Assembly (NCBI GenBank): GCA_964431835.1
Contig: CAYSKO010000005.1
Location: 52,167-116,166 of the forward strand
Origin: an uncultured Planctomycetia bacterium
GTDB taxonomy: Bacteria; Omnitrophota; Gorgyraeia; 2-02-FULL-51-18
Reading direction: 5' to 3'
DNA length: 64,000 bases
Shown here: one piece after another, positions 9,001 through 15,489 of the stretch
How the letters are laid out: each line of letters begins with the position of its first letter
Numbering within the stretch: the first letter of the stretch is position 1
Position numbers and translations under genes: made by a program
Notes under the pieces: generated by a model
Database searches by the model: none
The model's input: the letters and a program-made list of their open reading frames with translations, nothing else
What the model was told of the DNA's origin: nothing

Positions 9001-10229
9001 GACGCGGTCGCGAAATCGGTCTCGTTCGCGCGGAACGCTTCGAACTCCTCCGCGCTCATGCGGATGCGAAACGCCGTGTCGAGAAGCGCGACGTAGCGGT
9101 CGATCGCGCGGAGTTTCCGCGGCGCGTCGCCGGCGAGAAGTTTCGCGTAGCAGGCCTCGCGCGCCGCCGCCGCGTCCTTCAGCACCGCGTCGAGATCGAT
9201 TTCAGAGAATGCGCGGAGATAATCCACGTATTTCGAGAGCGCCGGATAATCCTCGAGACGGATTCCCTTCTCTCGCGCGATAACAAAAGTGTTTCGGAAG
9301 TGAGGATAACGCGAGAGCGCGGCGCCCTTGGCGTTCCCCATCCGTTCGAGCGAAGCCCGGAGTTCCGAACCCCCGCCGCGGCGCGCGATTTCTTCCGCGA
9401 GAGCCCCCTGCTCGAGATTGGCACGCTCGAAGTCGATCTCCTTTTCCGTCGCTTCGAGCGCGCCTAGGCGAGCGAGCGACGGATACCCAGAGGCATCGAT
9501 ACCGGCGTACGCCAGAAGTTCCAACGCCGCCCTAAAATCGGCTTCCCCTCCGGCCGCGGCCGCGCGAGCCTCGAACGCCAGAAGTTCCCGCGGATAGAGA
9601 CGGCGCTTCATTTTCTCAATGGCCGTGCGCACGCGCGATAGGTATTCGAGCGCGTCCGTGCGGACCGCCGCGAGGTCCGCGTAGCTCGAGACGCTCTTGA
9701 AATAGAGAGCTTTGTCCTCGACGCCGACGATCTTCATCGGCTTATCCGAGATGAGATTGAGGTATTCCTCGCCGGAGATTTTTCCCTCGACGAGGAAACT
9801 CTTGGCCACGCGCTTCCAGGTTTCCGGCGACGCGATCGACTTGATCGGGGTGAGCGTCGCGTCGCGCGAGCCGCCTTCGACGAGCACGAGCCGCACGTCG
9901 TATTTCTCCATGATCGCGTCGAGTGCCCAGGCTAGATTCTCCTGGCCGCTCAGATTTGAATGGGCGTCCTGAATATGGATGACGAAGGGGCCTGTGCCGC
10001 GATGAACTTCCCGCAAGGAAGCGAATGGAAGGGGCGGCTCGAAACGCGAAGGGTCCGAAGCGAGCGAAACCGCCGAAGGGGCGGGAGAAGACAGCGGGGC
10101 GGCCTGCGCGACTTCCGCCGCCAGAAAAGAAGCGACGAGAACGCAAGCGACCGTGCGCAGTCCGAGACGGCGCCGGTCCCCGCGTAACCAAAATTTATAT
10201 AAAGCGAGCAATGCGAGTGCGTTGGGCAT
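1..10229 (-). CDS. Giant multidomain protein, 5' end (ATG 10229) complete and 3' end beyond window start. At least 3409 aa lie in the window. It carries a signal peptide, a TraB/GumN/Tiki-like domain, a Hanks-type kinase core, arginase/deacetylase-like motifs, at least three SAM-methyltransferase-like modules and an FkbM-like module.
   Basis: Manual reverse-complement translation from ATG 10229 (MPNALALLALYKFWLRGDRRRLGLRTVACVLVASFLAAEVAQAAP...) found no in-frame stop down to nt 1. Codon third positions are strongly G/C-biased, like the verified nuo genes. No minus-strand ORF in the supplied track shares this frame (start coordinate congruent to 2 mod 3) anywhere in 1-10270, as expected for a frame with no stop inside the window. 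Motifs were checked directly against the forward sequence, e.g. HRDVKPSNFWF is the reverse complement of 7803-7835 and VLHDFGVS of about 7730-7753. Confidence 0.8.
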   Translation of the reverse strand, partial: MPNALALLALYKFWLRGDRRRLGLRTVACVLVASFLAAEVAQAAPLSSPAPSAVSLASDPSRFEPPLPFASLREVHRGTGPFVIHIQDAHSNLSGQENLAWALDAIMEKYDVRLVLVEGGSRDATLTPIKSIASPETWKRVAKSFLVEGKISGEEYLNLISDKPMKIVGVEDKALYFKSVSSYADLAAVRTDALEYLSRVRTAIEKMKRRLYPRELLAFEARAAAAGGEADFRAALELLAYAGIDASGYPSLARLGALEATEKEIDFERANLEQGALAEEIARRGGGSELRASLERMGNAKGAALSRYPHFRNTFVIAREKGIRLEDYPALSKYVDYLRAFSEIDLDAVLKDAAAAREACYAKLLAGDAPRKLRAIDRYVALLDTAFRIRMSAEEFEAFRANETDFATASYLAFVNRLLAEAGAFEDLVPYRDALEKAKTPLEAFYDSVRERDFAFVRNTSKALAAEKESVAILITGGYHTPHLKKLLREDGFSYAVLTPAVSTETNQAKYEELLLAPLRKKPAAAGSMLPRGTFETARKLPAAEFDWIYQLIDQAKQVETTRFPGRATAIESKAALAALGYATKTRDADSAEIPVVSAARMADFLVGSVIGSGGFASAYWAGDSVALLPKGWYAVDSVGRVTLDEADVATLETRPLREIFPPLHILRGIVAQAAILNAVNPGGARRDLPRAAGAQEDFSEISAKLVSVYDLLSSKSGEPEIRAALRDLAAALRARTTPVALLLEPFGTREEIESLARQAIDAEEASRLIAQWPAESRVHLFKTLARTLRHVHSRGVAHRDVKPSNFWFPPSYFGPRAPTPAEIDARPPVLHDFGVSLLEGDGLSRAKLGVESVYGISGTPGYMPTSAVLSFAEEVPLNPYDADLFALGVSIAQMSLVELGPTLERALAAAAGSPDAMRAWDQPLATRRETFKSLFYAPNQRIVDRATARLSFFAGERELGKLVARLVRVDLKELDGKRSELFDALEALEVSGERGARMAAGAEPFGTFQVPAEVTAATDSALFGKRSFKITTSAGRQIFLSDHHHKALPFWLEARRTGLIGNNSTLLHVDRHPDDLVSKRAFAKPVDLDFLPPVDVEDPAQLAEAIRGYEIDDFIAPLVAAGLIDAEAWFHLAEIDDQVLPQRLIWDADARPDDSPFHFHYGLEKKPLEDVLSAPSIDIVDVDLDFFMGLYERIRKSHRDAGIDEPRADRWARDAAVQRAMRQLVPIVARGKIVSIVTSPEFIDQTFAMELMKSLLAGLNAYDSSAPTETFAPTELEYTDILLSEKGRAGRRLDSAPEGVMDSLPSVEWAEAEKIAAGIVAPAYPSEFEPLVGLIEKTNPRWLVYWKLASAYRLDRSAQALKTLLGLYKNDAALPPFEKFSLYRFISTDRSIPAALQATGARMALGQSAEGWKPFLLEALPGRELALLTTRTGRQLRVDVWDNVSKHADGLQPVMSVYASDGMTDAAGDSVYGLRGFLIRFALEDGTQLRGAGLFRALLNRYFEEYPEVTRTHPDMRNLIAMDLLLRDYGFIAPPDAAPNAYLSDSLFHMNAATRTLFEKTLSGQEQAMFNNANLRTVSDAELAEIAGRAEARPLYVGHALERKAVASASGARMVYGGQAPAERLRGIFSTPQPIKWSGKGGVVGATIEYDRAFDVYVVTPDAATRKAYTGLAALDARSSQEDIGPRGSFGQIQVKFETIDGRSSAIFDEMHPSLGYRLLRPTSVRNVFRPWIENAIAEMVRELRAAGIESFYASNSGRIAKRYPKIPRVNLWENYEFAFRKKGWEPVTVLLNGESAELWRLPASGVRMAFEASSDDIEDRWVDVWEKNLRQNRQGSFDTYPPAVELFIENGLRAYWGTGEGRKLGDIGAGADLFLSRVMTSRFPGASITAVDIFEMDREGEPPSRIDFRRGSAESTGFVDGELDAALYSFSYDYADRDAAAAELLRALKPGGRAVLALHHPDSDYTAEATLAAGALQAAEDFCDLLKAHVERGDFAAANAELLERRRGPLPADPARALGRIETERKKSRLDAAIFSAMLENVFASADEASGYFASRGFRVVSAEVLPNGDKPAAYGIVLEKLETAQAGPAGSSNFTTFAGRLRRVDDFLASEIVPALAARARAERRKLQIYDIGVGYPPVTTLEMAKKISEIVPRGAFTVKGVDIVRPAVVVSAKRSGLLANQDVGPLSFTVTVEAILFDAAGNIVALDTSSGVILAGDVVPRTLTEASVYAARVRGTARGRFSEILTRFLGRWLPTSVHSRWPVVASPWNLFSRNGVSFIRADYRTAALPPADLVRVFNVPGPENREALAAALREGGALVAGFSPLSGGADMEKLAVFRKRGDRLVPEAYVFSTAFEGGEVTWMDRGGGLWKGEAVNDLVSRQAVNRALRQAEQIVHQNTRSGALYEAMYAEATALLNSAALKKLEEDLTAGGLYRSLPPGLLRWAREIRDGESALGMGLAYTQFFGSVFETLNLSPDDPAHASRVEVENSLGRLRELFSEAQDEFRRTAAEELTRVTGLPTRVSGKMMVLERPAGARMAEGNPYVGTQNVARDFTQEDDVTQGAVERSVQRRLETRKQIDVWILGAGLGASAAELRERYGPRVKLRFVNKERLSIDREKYLASLPSDVRRKAERWLSPEFRAWFEKNQTIADLDLGVPFKGRADVILIGTSVLPYVQNKLELVAQIKNEKLRRGGELFIQTGLEGVVIEGWSSGPSTGITTLLYRLNNRNALPEYEHALDPASFADSMRLHVTNRYPRSKFPALERLRSVARIETSTDDEGATRPLPARYRTIYLPPSPEGTPSADPVRASGARVAAEGSARPAFTRFLRRTYNAWLFYRTGVSATRGRIERLLDSDSPALDIARPVGEALDGIAFGPGYYLRSDPVVGAPHYARFRVYRKSGWFRSSGDQLAATLALRHSMKEGGLVVEPSYTTFPPHQGAGIASRFHELVARLYPEGTELNVSIANMRTLLYLAQALPDGRKSPLVRRILSDWLALWSKNVVDDPDFDFPLPPREEETTSHEAYLESVENATLDKYWRARQWVLMKEILRVMDESAVSPWSSETIGRSLVGRLSSRVGGDLRIVTGVLPTLVTAFGSKSAAPSGARMANDGSQSDGIVLIQQALATLPPGQAARVQIDLLAPINLAANGVHPGRFRRALGILVERSLRESQGEVRVSIENDGRGLVLGVTRSEASGDDWYWSEEALFRRFHLMGGFPDRRQRHTLDSGWIRTIVVRFPSQPAVLIKKWDTDGRIARTNKRYAAGASGNALTMTHRMYAFDFENLNRYLRKAGIRPDGYGPEDEVLFIGPYDNAEDIVGFAKANPRVKTLHVVEPDTQAFNLLERRLHEAGLESLTVLGYRTSVLSMPALERVTLVYDKYVFAEGWFSPGHILRAGREISGLLG
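100..300 (-). other. FkbM-family-like methyltransferase motif region of the giant protein, cut by the window edge
   Basis: LFIGPYDNAEDIVGFAKANPRVKTLHVVEPDTQAFNLLERRL resembles the FkbM/Methyltransf_21 v-A-F-E-P-x-P-x-x-F-x-x-L signature. Confidence 0.3.
2070..2520 (-). other. SAM-methyltransferase-like Rossmann module 3 of the giant protein
   Basis: DVWILGAGLGASAAEL (GxGxG), ADVILIGTSVL, LRRGGELFIQTG. Confidence 0.4.
3200..3840 (-). other. SAM-methyltransferase-like Rossmann module 2 of the giant protein
   Basis: QIYDIGVGYPP (motif I-like), ADLVRVFNV, LREGGALVAGFSP (motif III-like). Confidence 0.4.
4320..4710 (-). other. Class I SAM-dependent methyltransferase-like Rossmann module 1 of the giant protein
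   Basis: Motif I LGDIGAGADLF, post-I ITAVDIFE, motif II LDAALYSFSYDYA, motif III LKPGGRAVLALHHP. Confidence 0.55.
6480..7140 (-). other. Arginase/deacetylase (ureohydrolase)-fold-like metal-binding motif region of the giant protein
   Basis: Ordered motifs FLSDHHH, LLHVDRHPDD (DxHxD) and IDIVDVDLDFF (DxDxxD) resemble the three Mn-ligand motifs of arginase/agmatinase/UPF0489-like proteins. Pattern only. Confidence 0.3.
7500..8430 (-). other. Hanks-type Ser/Thr protein kinase-like catalytic domain inside the giant protein
   Basis: Gly-rich loop VIGSGGFASAY, candidate VAIK-equivalent Lys (ALLPK), catalytic loop HRDVKPSN (H at 7835), DFG (LHDFGVS) and activation-segment GTPGYMP appear in canonical order. 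About 188 residues separate the G-loop from HRD, which implies an insert of roughly 60 aa. Confidence 0.65.
8730..10050 (-). other. TraB/GumN/Tiki-like domain of the giant protein
   Basis: N-terminal FVIHIQDAHSN...VRLVLVEGG and C-terminal SVAILITGGYHTPHLKKLLREDGFSYAVL resemble the TraB/GumN family motif (v-G-A-G-H-l ... LL-R-x-x-G-Y-x-V). Confidence 0.4.
10092..10229 (-). other. Predicted N-terminal Sec signal peptide or signal-anchor of the giant protein (positively charged RGDRRRLGLR, hydrophobic TVACVLVASFLAA, AQA-AP cleavage-like site)
   Basis: n/h/c-region organisation read from the translation; no tool run. Confidence 0.45.
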
Positions 10230-10409
10230 TGGGTTAGGGCAAGTATACCCGCCGTCCGGCTCAAATTCAAAATAGAGACGATCCATAAAACTATATTATA
10301 AAAAGACTTATAAAAATCTTATTCTACGCTGACTCACTTTTGACTGGAAACGCTTAAAACAGGCCGTTTCCTCTATATACAGGGGCCTCCAGTGCTTTTT
10401 CCGATTCCT

Positions 10410-10438
10410 TTGACTTGGTTTTTCGTTTTCTGTACAAT
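10410..10438 (+). promoter_or_regulatory. sigma70-type promoter of the nuo-mrp cluster: -35 TTGACT (10410-10415), 17-nt spacer, -10 TACAAT (10433-10438)
   Basis: Near-consensus hexamers with optimal spacing lie 34 nt upstream of the nuoA ATG, in an AT-rich divergent region. Confidence 0.6.
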
Positions 10439-10471
10439 GGCTCCCATAAACCGTTCGGAGCACTTTTTTTC

Positions 10472-10837
10472 ATGACTTTATTAAACGATTATTCTTACGT
10501 CTTCGGATTTCTCGTCATCGGCGTCGGGTTCGTGGTCGTCAACACCCTCCTGCCCCTCCTGATCAGTCCGCGAAGCCGCGGTTCCCGCGCGAACGACCCG
10601 TACGAAAGCGGCGAAGTCCCGATCGGCGGCGCGTGGGTACAGTTCGACGTCAATTACTACCTCTTCGCATTGATCTTCATCGCCTTCGACGTCGAAGCCG
10701 CATTCCTTTTCCCGGTTCTTGCGGTGTACCGCGAGGTTCCGGGCTGGGGCGCGTTCGTCGAGGTCGCCGTTTTCCTCTTCATCCTGTCGTTCGCGATCCT
10801 CTACGCTTGGAAAAAAGGACTCTTCTCCTGGAAGTGA
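10472..10837 (+). CDS. nuoA: NADH-quinone oxidoreductase subunit A
   Basis: MTLLNDYSYVFGFLVIG...; the track ORF 10415 starts at a TTG inside the promoter, so ATG 10472 is preferred. Confidence 0.9.
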   Translation: MTLLNDYSYVFGFLVIGVGFVVVNTLLPLLISPRSRGSRANDPYESGEVPIGGAWVQFDVNYYLFALIFIAFDVEAAFLFPVLAVYREVPGWGAFVEVAVFLFILSFAILYAWKKGLFSWK

Positions 10838-10840
10838 TGC

Positions 10841-11509
10841 ATGGCCGATCCGATTAAAGAACCCCAGCTGTATAAAAACCCCGCTTACCTGCAGACCCAG
10901 TCGCCTGCGCCAGGAATCGTGAACCTTTTCCACGTCGAGGACGTGCTGAACATGGCCCGCGCCAATTCGCTTTGGCCGCTCACGTTCGGCCTCGCCTGCT
11001 GCGCCATCGAGATGATGGCCGGCGGCGCCGCGCGTTACGATCTCGACCGCTTCGGCTTCGGCGTGTTCCGTCCTTCGCCGCGCCAAGCGGACGTGATGAT
11101 CGTCTCGGGTACGATCTCGCGCAAGATGGTTCCCTGCATCAAAACGCTCTACGACCAGATGCCGTCTCCGAAATACGTGATCGCGATGGGCGGCTGCGCC
11201 ACCGCGGGTGGCCCGTTCAAATTCCCGGGCCAGTACGGCATTCTCGAGGGCATCGACAAGATCATTCCCGTGAACGTCTACATTCCCGGCTGCCCGCCGC
11301 GCCCCGAAGCGCTGATCGCCGGCATCCTCGAGCTTCAAAAGCAAATCAAAGCGGGCAACGTGCAAGGCGTGATGTCGCCGGCGGCCGTCAACGACTCTCA
11401 GGACGCGCGCCCCGCCGAATACAAAAACGCGGTCTCCCGCGCCGATTTCCGCAAACCCGCCGCTCCGGCCGCTCCCGCGGCTCCTGCGTCGGCGGAGCCG
11501 AAAGCCTAA
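10841..11509 (+). CDS. nuoB: NADH-quinone oxidoreductase subunit B (20 kDa, N2 cluster) with Ala/Pro-rich C-terminal tail
   Basis: [28 protein letters not shown] Cys motifs. Confidence 0.95.
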   Translation: MADPIKEPQLYKNPAYLQTQSPAPGIVNLFHVEDVLNMARANSLWPLTFGLACCAIEMMAGGAARYDLDRFGFGVFRPSPRQADVMIVSGTISRKMVPCIKTLYDQMPSPKYVIAMGGCATAGGPFKFPGQYGILEGIDKIIPVNVYIPGCPPRPEALIAGILELQKQIKAGNVQGVMSPAAVNDSQDARPAEYKNAVSRADFRKPAAPAAPAAPASAEPKA

Positions 11510-11512
11510 AAC

Positions 11513-13144
11513 GTGTCCCCCGTCGCTGAAAAAGACATGAAAGCCTGGCTCGTCTCGTCGGTGAAGCCCGACGAGTTCGCGGAAAAAGATCCGAAGTCGG
11601 GCGTTCTCTTCGAAGCTCTCGTCGGCCGCGAGCATATCCGGGAAGTCGCACGCGAATTCCGCACGCAGGGGTGGTTTCTCGAGTCGATTTCCATCGTCGA
11701 CTTCGCCGAATGCTTCGAGATCGTCTACCATTTCAACAAATGGGGCGTTGCCCGCCGAGCCTGCGTAAAGACGCTCGCCCTGAAGGCGGAAGGCGAAGCG
11801 GCGTCCGCTCCCTCGATCTCGGACGTCTTCCGCGCCGCCAACTGGCACGAGCGCGAGGCGTACGACATGTTCGGTCTCGTCTTCGAAGGCCACCCGAACC
11901 TGAAGCGCCTCCTTCTTCCCGAAACTTCGAAGATCCACCCGCTACGCAAGAGCTTCAAGGGCGAACCCAAGGGCTCCGACGTCGAGGACTCCCTGCGGCT
12001 CATCCAAGAAGACACCGAGGGCTTCGAGGTGCGCTACCCGAGCCAGCTCACGAAGAGCCAGAAGGATTACTACCTGAATCTCGGCCCTCAGCATCCGAGC
12101 ACGCACGGCGTCCTTCGCGTCCTTCTCCATTTAGACGGCGAGCGCGTGCTAGACGGCGAGCCGGTACTCGGCTACTCGCACCGCAACCAGGAAAAGATGT
12201 TCGAGATCCAGAATTACCTCGCCTGCTGGCCGCAGTTCGGCCGCCTCGATTACGTCGGCGCGATGGCGTTCAATTTCGGCTACGCCCACCTGATCGAAAA
12301 GGCGATGGGCATTGAAGCGACGCCCCGCGCCCAAGCGATCCGCGTCCTGGCGACGGAGCTAAACCGCATCTCCTCCCATCTCCTCTGGATGGGCACGTTC
12401 CTCCTCGATCTCGGGGCGTTCACGCCGTTCTTCTACTGCTTCGACGACCGCGAAAAGATCATCGACATCCTCGAGATGGCCACCGGCGAGCGCCTCACCT
12501 ACGACTACTTCCGTTTCGGCGGGCTCGATCACGACATCCCTGAGGAGATGCTCCCCGCCGTGAAGGCGTTCGTCCCCGAATTCAAGAAACGACTCAAGGA
12601 TTACCACAAGCTCGTCACGAAGAATCCAATCTTCATCTCGCGCACGCGGGGCCTCGGCGTCCTCACGAAGGACCAGGCCCTGAATTACGGCGTGAGCGGT
12701 CCCTGCTTGCGCGCCTCGGGCGTCCGCCAGGATCTTCGCCGCGACGAGCCCTATTCTATTTATCCCACGCTCGATTTTGACGTTCCTACCATGACGGACG
12801 GCGACGTCTGGTCGCGTTACACAATCCGTATGCGCGAGATGGAGGAGAGCCTGAAGATCGTCTCCCAGCTGGTGGAAAAAATCCCGGCCGGAGACGTCAC
12901 GCTCGGCAAGTTGCCGAAGAACGTGCCGAAGGGCGAATATTATTCCGCGGTCGAATCGGCGCGCGGCGCATTCGGCATCTATCTCGTCAGCGACGGCACG
13001 CTCAATCCCTACCGCATGAAACTGCGTACGCCCTCGTTCTGCAATTTGAGCGCGTTCAGCGAGATGATCCCCGGCTGCCTCCTCTCCGACGTGATCGCGA
13101 TCCTGGGCTCCATCGACATCGTTCTCCCGGAGATCGACCGGTGA
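11513..13144 (+). CDS. nuoCD: Fused NADH-quinone oxidoreductase subunits C and D
   Basis: NuoC motif [29 protein letters not shown], then Nuo[13 protein letters not shown]...RTPSF in one 543-aa frame. GTG start at 11513, alternative ATG at 11537. Confidence 0.9.
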   Translation: MSPVAEKDMKAWLVSSVKPDEFAEKDPKSGVLFEALVGREHIREVAREFRTQGWFLESISIVDFAECFEIVYHFNKWGVARRACVKTLALKAEGEAASAPSISDVFRAANWHEREAYDMFGLVFEGHPNLKRLLLPETSKIHPLRKSFKGEPKGSDVEDSLRLIQEDTEGFEVRYPSQLTKSQKDYYLNLGPQHPSTHGVLRVLLHLDGERVLDGEPVLGYSHRNQEKMFEIQNYLACWPQFGRLDYVGAMAFNFGYAHLIEKAMGIEATPRAQAIRVLATELNRISSHLLWMGTFLLDLGAFTPFFYCFDDREKIIDILEMATGERLTYDYFRFGGLDHDIPEEMLPAVKAFVPEFKKRLKDYHKLVTKNPIFISRTRGLGVLTKDQALNYGVSGPCLRASGVRQDLRRDEPYSIYPTLDFDVPTMTDGDVWSRYTIRMREMEESLKIVSQLVEKIPAGDVTLGKLPKNVPKGEYYSAVESARGAFGIYLVSDGTLNPYRMKLRTPSFCNLSAFSEMIPGCLLSDVIAILGSIDIVLPEIDR

Positions 13145-14124
13145 CCGGAAACCCCGTCCTCGACGAGCTTCTGAAAATCGTCCTCTGGGGAACGCTCGTG
13201 ATCCTTTTCGTGTCCGTGAACGCGCTTTTCCTCGTCTGGGCCGAGCGCAAAATCTCGGCGCGCATCCAGCTACGCCAGGGCCCGCTTCACGTCGGCTTCC
13301 AGGGGACGCTGCAGACCGTGGCCGACGCGATCAAGCTCATCTCGAAGGAATTGACGCTTCCCAAATCCTCGGCCAAGAGCCTCTACATGCTCGCTCCGGT
13401 GCTCGTCTTCGCCCCGTCGATCGCGGCGTTTCTCGTGCTTCCGTTCTCGCCGGAAATGCCGATGCGCGATCTCAACATCGGCTTCCTCCTCATCTTCTCG
13501 CTCACGAACGTCACTTTCATCGGCGTCTTCCTCGCCGGCTGGGCCTCGAACTCCAAATACGCGCTCCTGGGCTCCATGCGCGCCATCGCGCAGAACATCT
13601 CTTACGAAATTCCCCTCCTTCTTTCCACGATGGGCGTCGTCCTCTGCGCGGGGACCCTCCAGATGTCCGGAATCGTCCGGGCCCAGGAGCACGGCTGGTT
13701 CCTTTTTAATGGCCAGGTGATCGCGTTCGTCGTCTTCATCGTCTCGGCACTCGCCGAGGCCAACCGTGCGCCATTCGACATTCCCGAGGCCGAATCCGAG
13801 CTCGTCGCCGGTTTCCACACCGAGTACTCGGGCATGCGGTTCGCGCTTTTTTTCCTCGGCGAGTACACGGCCGTCTTCATCTCATCCGCCGTGGCCGTGA
13901 CGCTTTTTCTCGGCGGCTGGAGCGGCCCGCTCCTTCCTCCGCCCGTCTGGTTCCTCCTTAAGACCTATTTGATCGTTTTCGTGGTGATGTGGATCCGGTG
14001 GACGTTTCCCCGCCTGCGCTCGGATCAGCTCATGGCGCTGGCCTGGAAGGTGCTGATTCCGTTCGCTCTCCTCAACATCCTTTTGACGGCGCTTTTTATC
14101 CAGCTGCAAAGGAGCCTCGCATGA
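13141..14124 (+). CDS. nuoH: NADH-quinone oxidoreductase subunit H
   Basis: GTG start overlapping the nuoCD stop (GTGA); typical NuoH TM sequence. Confidence 0.9.
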   Translation: MTGNPVLDELLKIVLWGTLVILFVSVNALFLVWAERKISARIQLRQGPLHVGFQGTLQTVADAIKLISKELTLPKSSAKSLYMLAPVLVFAPSIAAFLVLPFSPEMPMRDLNIGFLLIFSLTNVTFIGVFLAGWASNSKYALLGSMRAIAQNISYEIPLLLSTMGVVLCAGTLQMSGIVRAQEHGWFLFNGQVIAFVVFIVSALAEANRAPFDIPEAESELVAGFHTEYSGMRFALFFLGEYTAVFISSAVAVTLFLGGWSGPLLPPPVWFLLKTYLIVFVVMWIRWTFPRLRSDQLMALAWKVLIPFALLNILLTALFIQLQRSLA

Positions 14125-14687
14125 GCGTCGTCGGTCGCTATTTCAAAGACGTCTTCTCGGGTTTCTGGGCGCTCCTCGCGGGTATGGCCGTCACCGCGCG
14201 CTATTCGGTCAAACCCCCGGTCACGCTGATCTACCCCAAGGAGCGCATGCCTCTCAAGCACTTCAAGGGTCCCATCGCTTTCACGACCGACGAGAAGACA
14301 GGGGACCACAAGTGCATCGCCTGCAATGCCTGTATCAAGACCTGCCCGTCGCGCTGCATGTCGCTCGTCGCACAAAAAAGCGCTCTGGACGGAAAGCGCG
14401 TTCTCACGGACTTCAAAGTAAATTACATGCTCTGCAGCCTGTGTAGCCTGTGCATTGACGTCTGCCCCACCGACGCGCTGAAGCACGACTCCCCCAATTA
14501 CGACATGGTCGCCTCGAACCAGCGTGACATGCACATGGATCTCTTGAAGCCTTACCGCGACGCCGGCACGCCGCTCACGAAGATACCGGTGGTCGATCCC
14601 GCGGCCGCGGCGGCAAAGCCTTCGCCGACGAAGCCCGAGAACAATGCCGCGGACAAGCCGCTCAGCCCCGAGGAACCGAAATCTTGA
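14121..14687 (+). CDS. nuoI: NADH-quinone oxidoreductase subunit I (2x[4Fe-4S]) with Pro/Ala/Lys-rich C-terminal extension
   Basis: CIACNACIKTCP and CSLCSLCIDVCP; ATG 14121 overlaps the nuoH stop (ATGA). Confidence 0.9.
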   Translation: MSVVGRYFKDVFSGFWALLAGMAVTARYSVKPPVTLIYPKERMPLKHFKGPIAFTTDEKTGDHKCIACNACIKTCPSRCMSLVAQKSALDGKRVLTDFKVNYMLCSLCSLCIDVCPTDALKHDSPNYDMVASNQRDMHMDLLKPYRDAGTPLTKIPVVDPAAAAAKPSPTKPENNAADKPLSPEEPKS

Positions 14688-15181
14688 GCCTACCCGACGC
14701 CTTTTTCCTCTTCTTCGCGGGAATCACGCTGGGCGGAGCCGTTCTCGCGGTGACCTTGCGGAACGTCTTCTACAACGCGCTCTCCCTGATCCTCTGCCTG
14801 GCGGGTGTGGCGGGACTTTTCGTTTTCCTGAACAGCGAGTTCCTCGCGGTGATGGAGGTCATCATCTACATCGGCGCGATCTCCATCGCGATCCTCTTCG
14901 CGATCATGCTCTCCCAGCCTATGATGCCCGTAAAGGAGCCCTTAAACCGCGGGAAGGTCGCGCGCGCGGCGCTCGTGGCGGGTCTTCTTTTCCTCGGACT
15001 CTCGCGCGTCATCGGGCGTTCGCAGTGGTCCACGGCTCCGCTCGAGGGCGACTACTCGCTTCAGGGAATCGGCCGCATGCTGCTCGGAGCCAACATGATC
15101 CCGTTCGAGGTTGTTTCGCTCGTGCTCCTAGTCGCCATCATCGGTGCGCTGGTCCTCACGGGCTCGAAAGGACGCGGATGA
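14684..15181 (+). CDS. nuoJ: NADH-quinone oxidoreductase subunit J
   Basis: TTG start overlapping the nuoI stop; NuoJ-like TM protein. Confidence 0.8.
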   Translation: MSLPDAFFLFFAGITLGGAVLAVTLRNVFYNALSLILCLAGVAGLFVFLNSEFLAVMEVIIYIGAISIAILFAIMLSQPMMPVKEPLNRGKVARAALVAGLLFLGLSRVIGRSQWSTAPLEGDYSLQGIGRMLLGANMIPFEVVSLVLLVAIIGALVLTGSKGRG

Positions 15182-15489
15182 GCGAGAGTCTCGGCGCCTA
15201 TCTGTTCATTTCGACCGCCCTTTTCTGCTTGGGAGTATACGGCCTTCTCTCGCGGCGGAACCTCGTGGCGATGCTAATCTCGCTTGAGCTGATCCTGAAC
15301 TCTGCGAGCCTCAACTTCGTGGCGTTCAACAAGTTTTCGCTCATCAACAAGGCCGCCGGCCAGACCTTCGCGGTCTTCGTGATCGCGCTGGCCGCCGCCG
15401 AGGTCACGATCGGCTTGTCCCTGATTCTTCTTTTCCACCGTAAACGCGACTCGATCAACGTCGAGGACGCGGGAGAGATGAAAGGATGA
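15178..15489 (+). CDS. nuoK: NADH-quinone oxidoreductase subunit K
   Basis: MSESLGAYLFISTALFCLGVYGLLSRRNLVAMLISLELILN... with conserved Glu residues in TM helices; ATGA overlap with nuoJ. Confidence 0.85.
   Translation: MSESLGAYLFISTALFCLGVYGLLSRRNLVAMLISLELILNSASLNFVAFNKFSLINKAAGQTFAVFVIALAAAEVTIGLSLILLFHRKRDSINVEDAGEMKG

Noticed and set aside
8211-9467. 418-aa plus-strand ORF, the longest listed in the first 10 kb, and the other listed ORFs in 1-10270
   Set aside because: All are antisense or out of frame to the giant minus-strand gene. They are Arg/Pro/Gly-rich with no recognisable motifs, as expected for wrong frames in about 68% GC DNA.
10092-10229. Interpreting the giant protein as certainly periplasmic because of a signal peptide
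   Set aside because: The N-terminus could equally be an uncleaved signal-anchor or a hydrophobic helix of a cytoplasmic protein. Kinase and SAM-methyltransferase chemistry needs cytoplasmic cofactors. Localisation is left open.
10481-11938. 485-aa minus-strand ORF
   Set aside because: Antisense to nuoA, nuoB and nuoCD, whose identities are unambiguous. The composition is Arg-rich junk.
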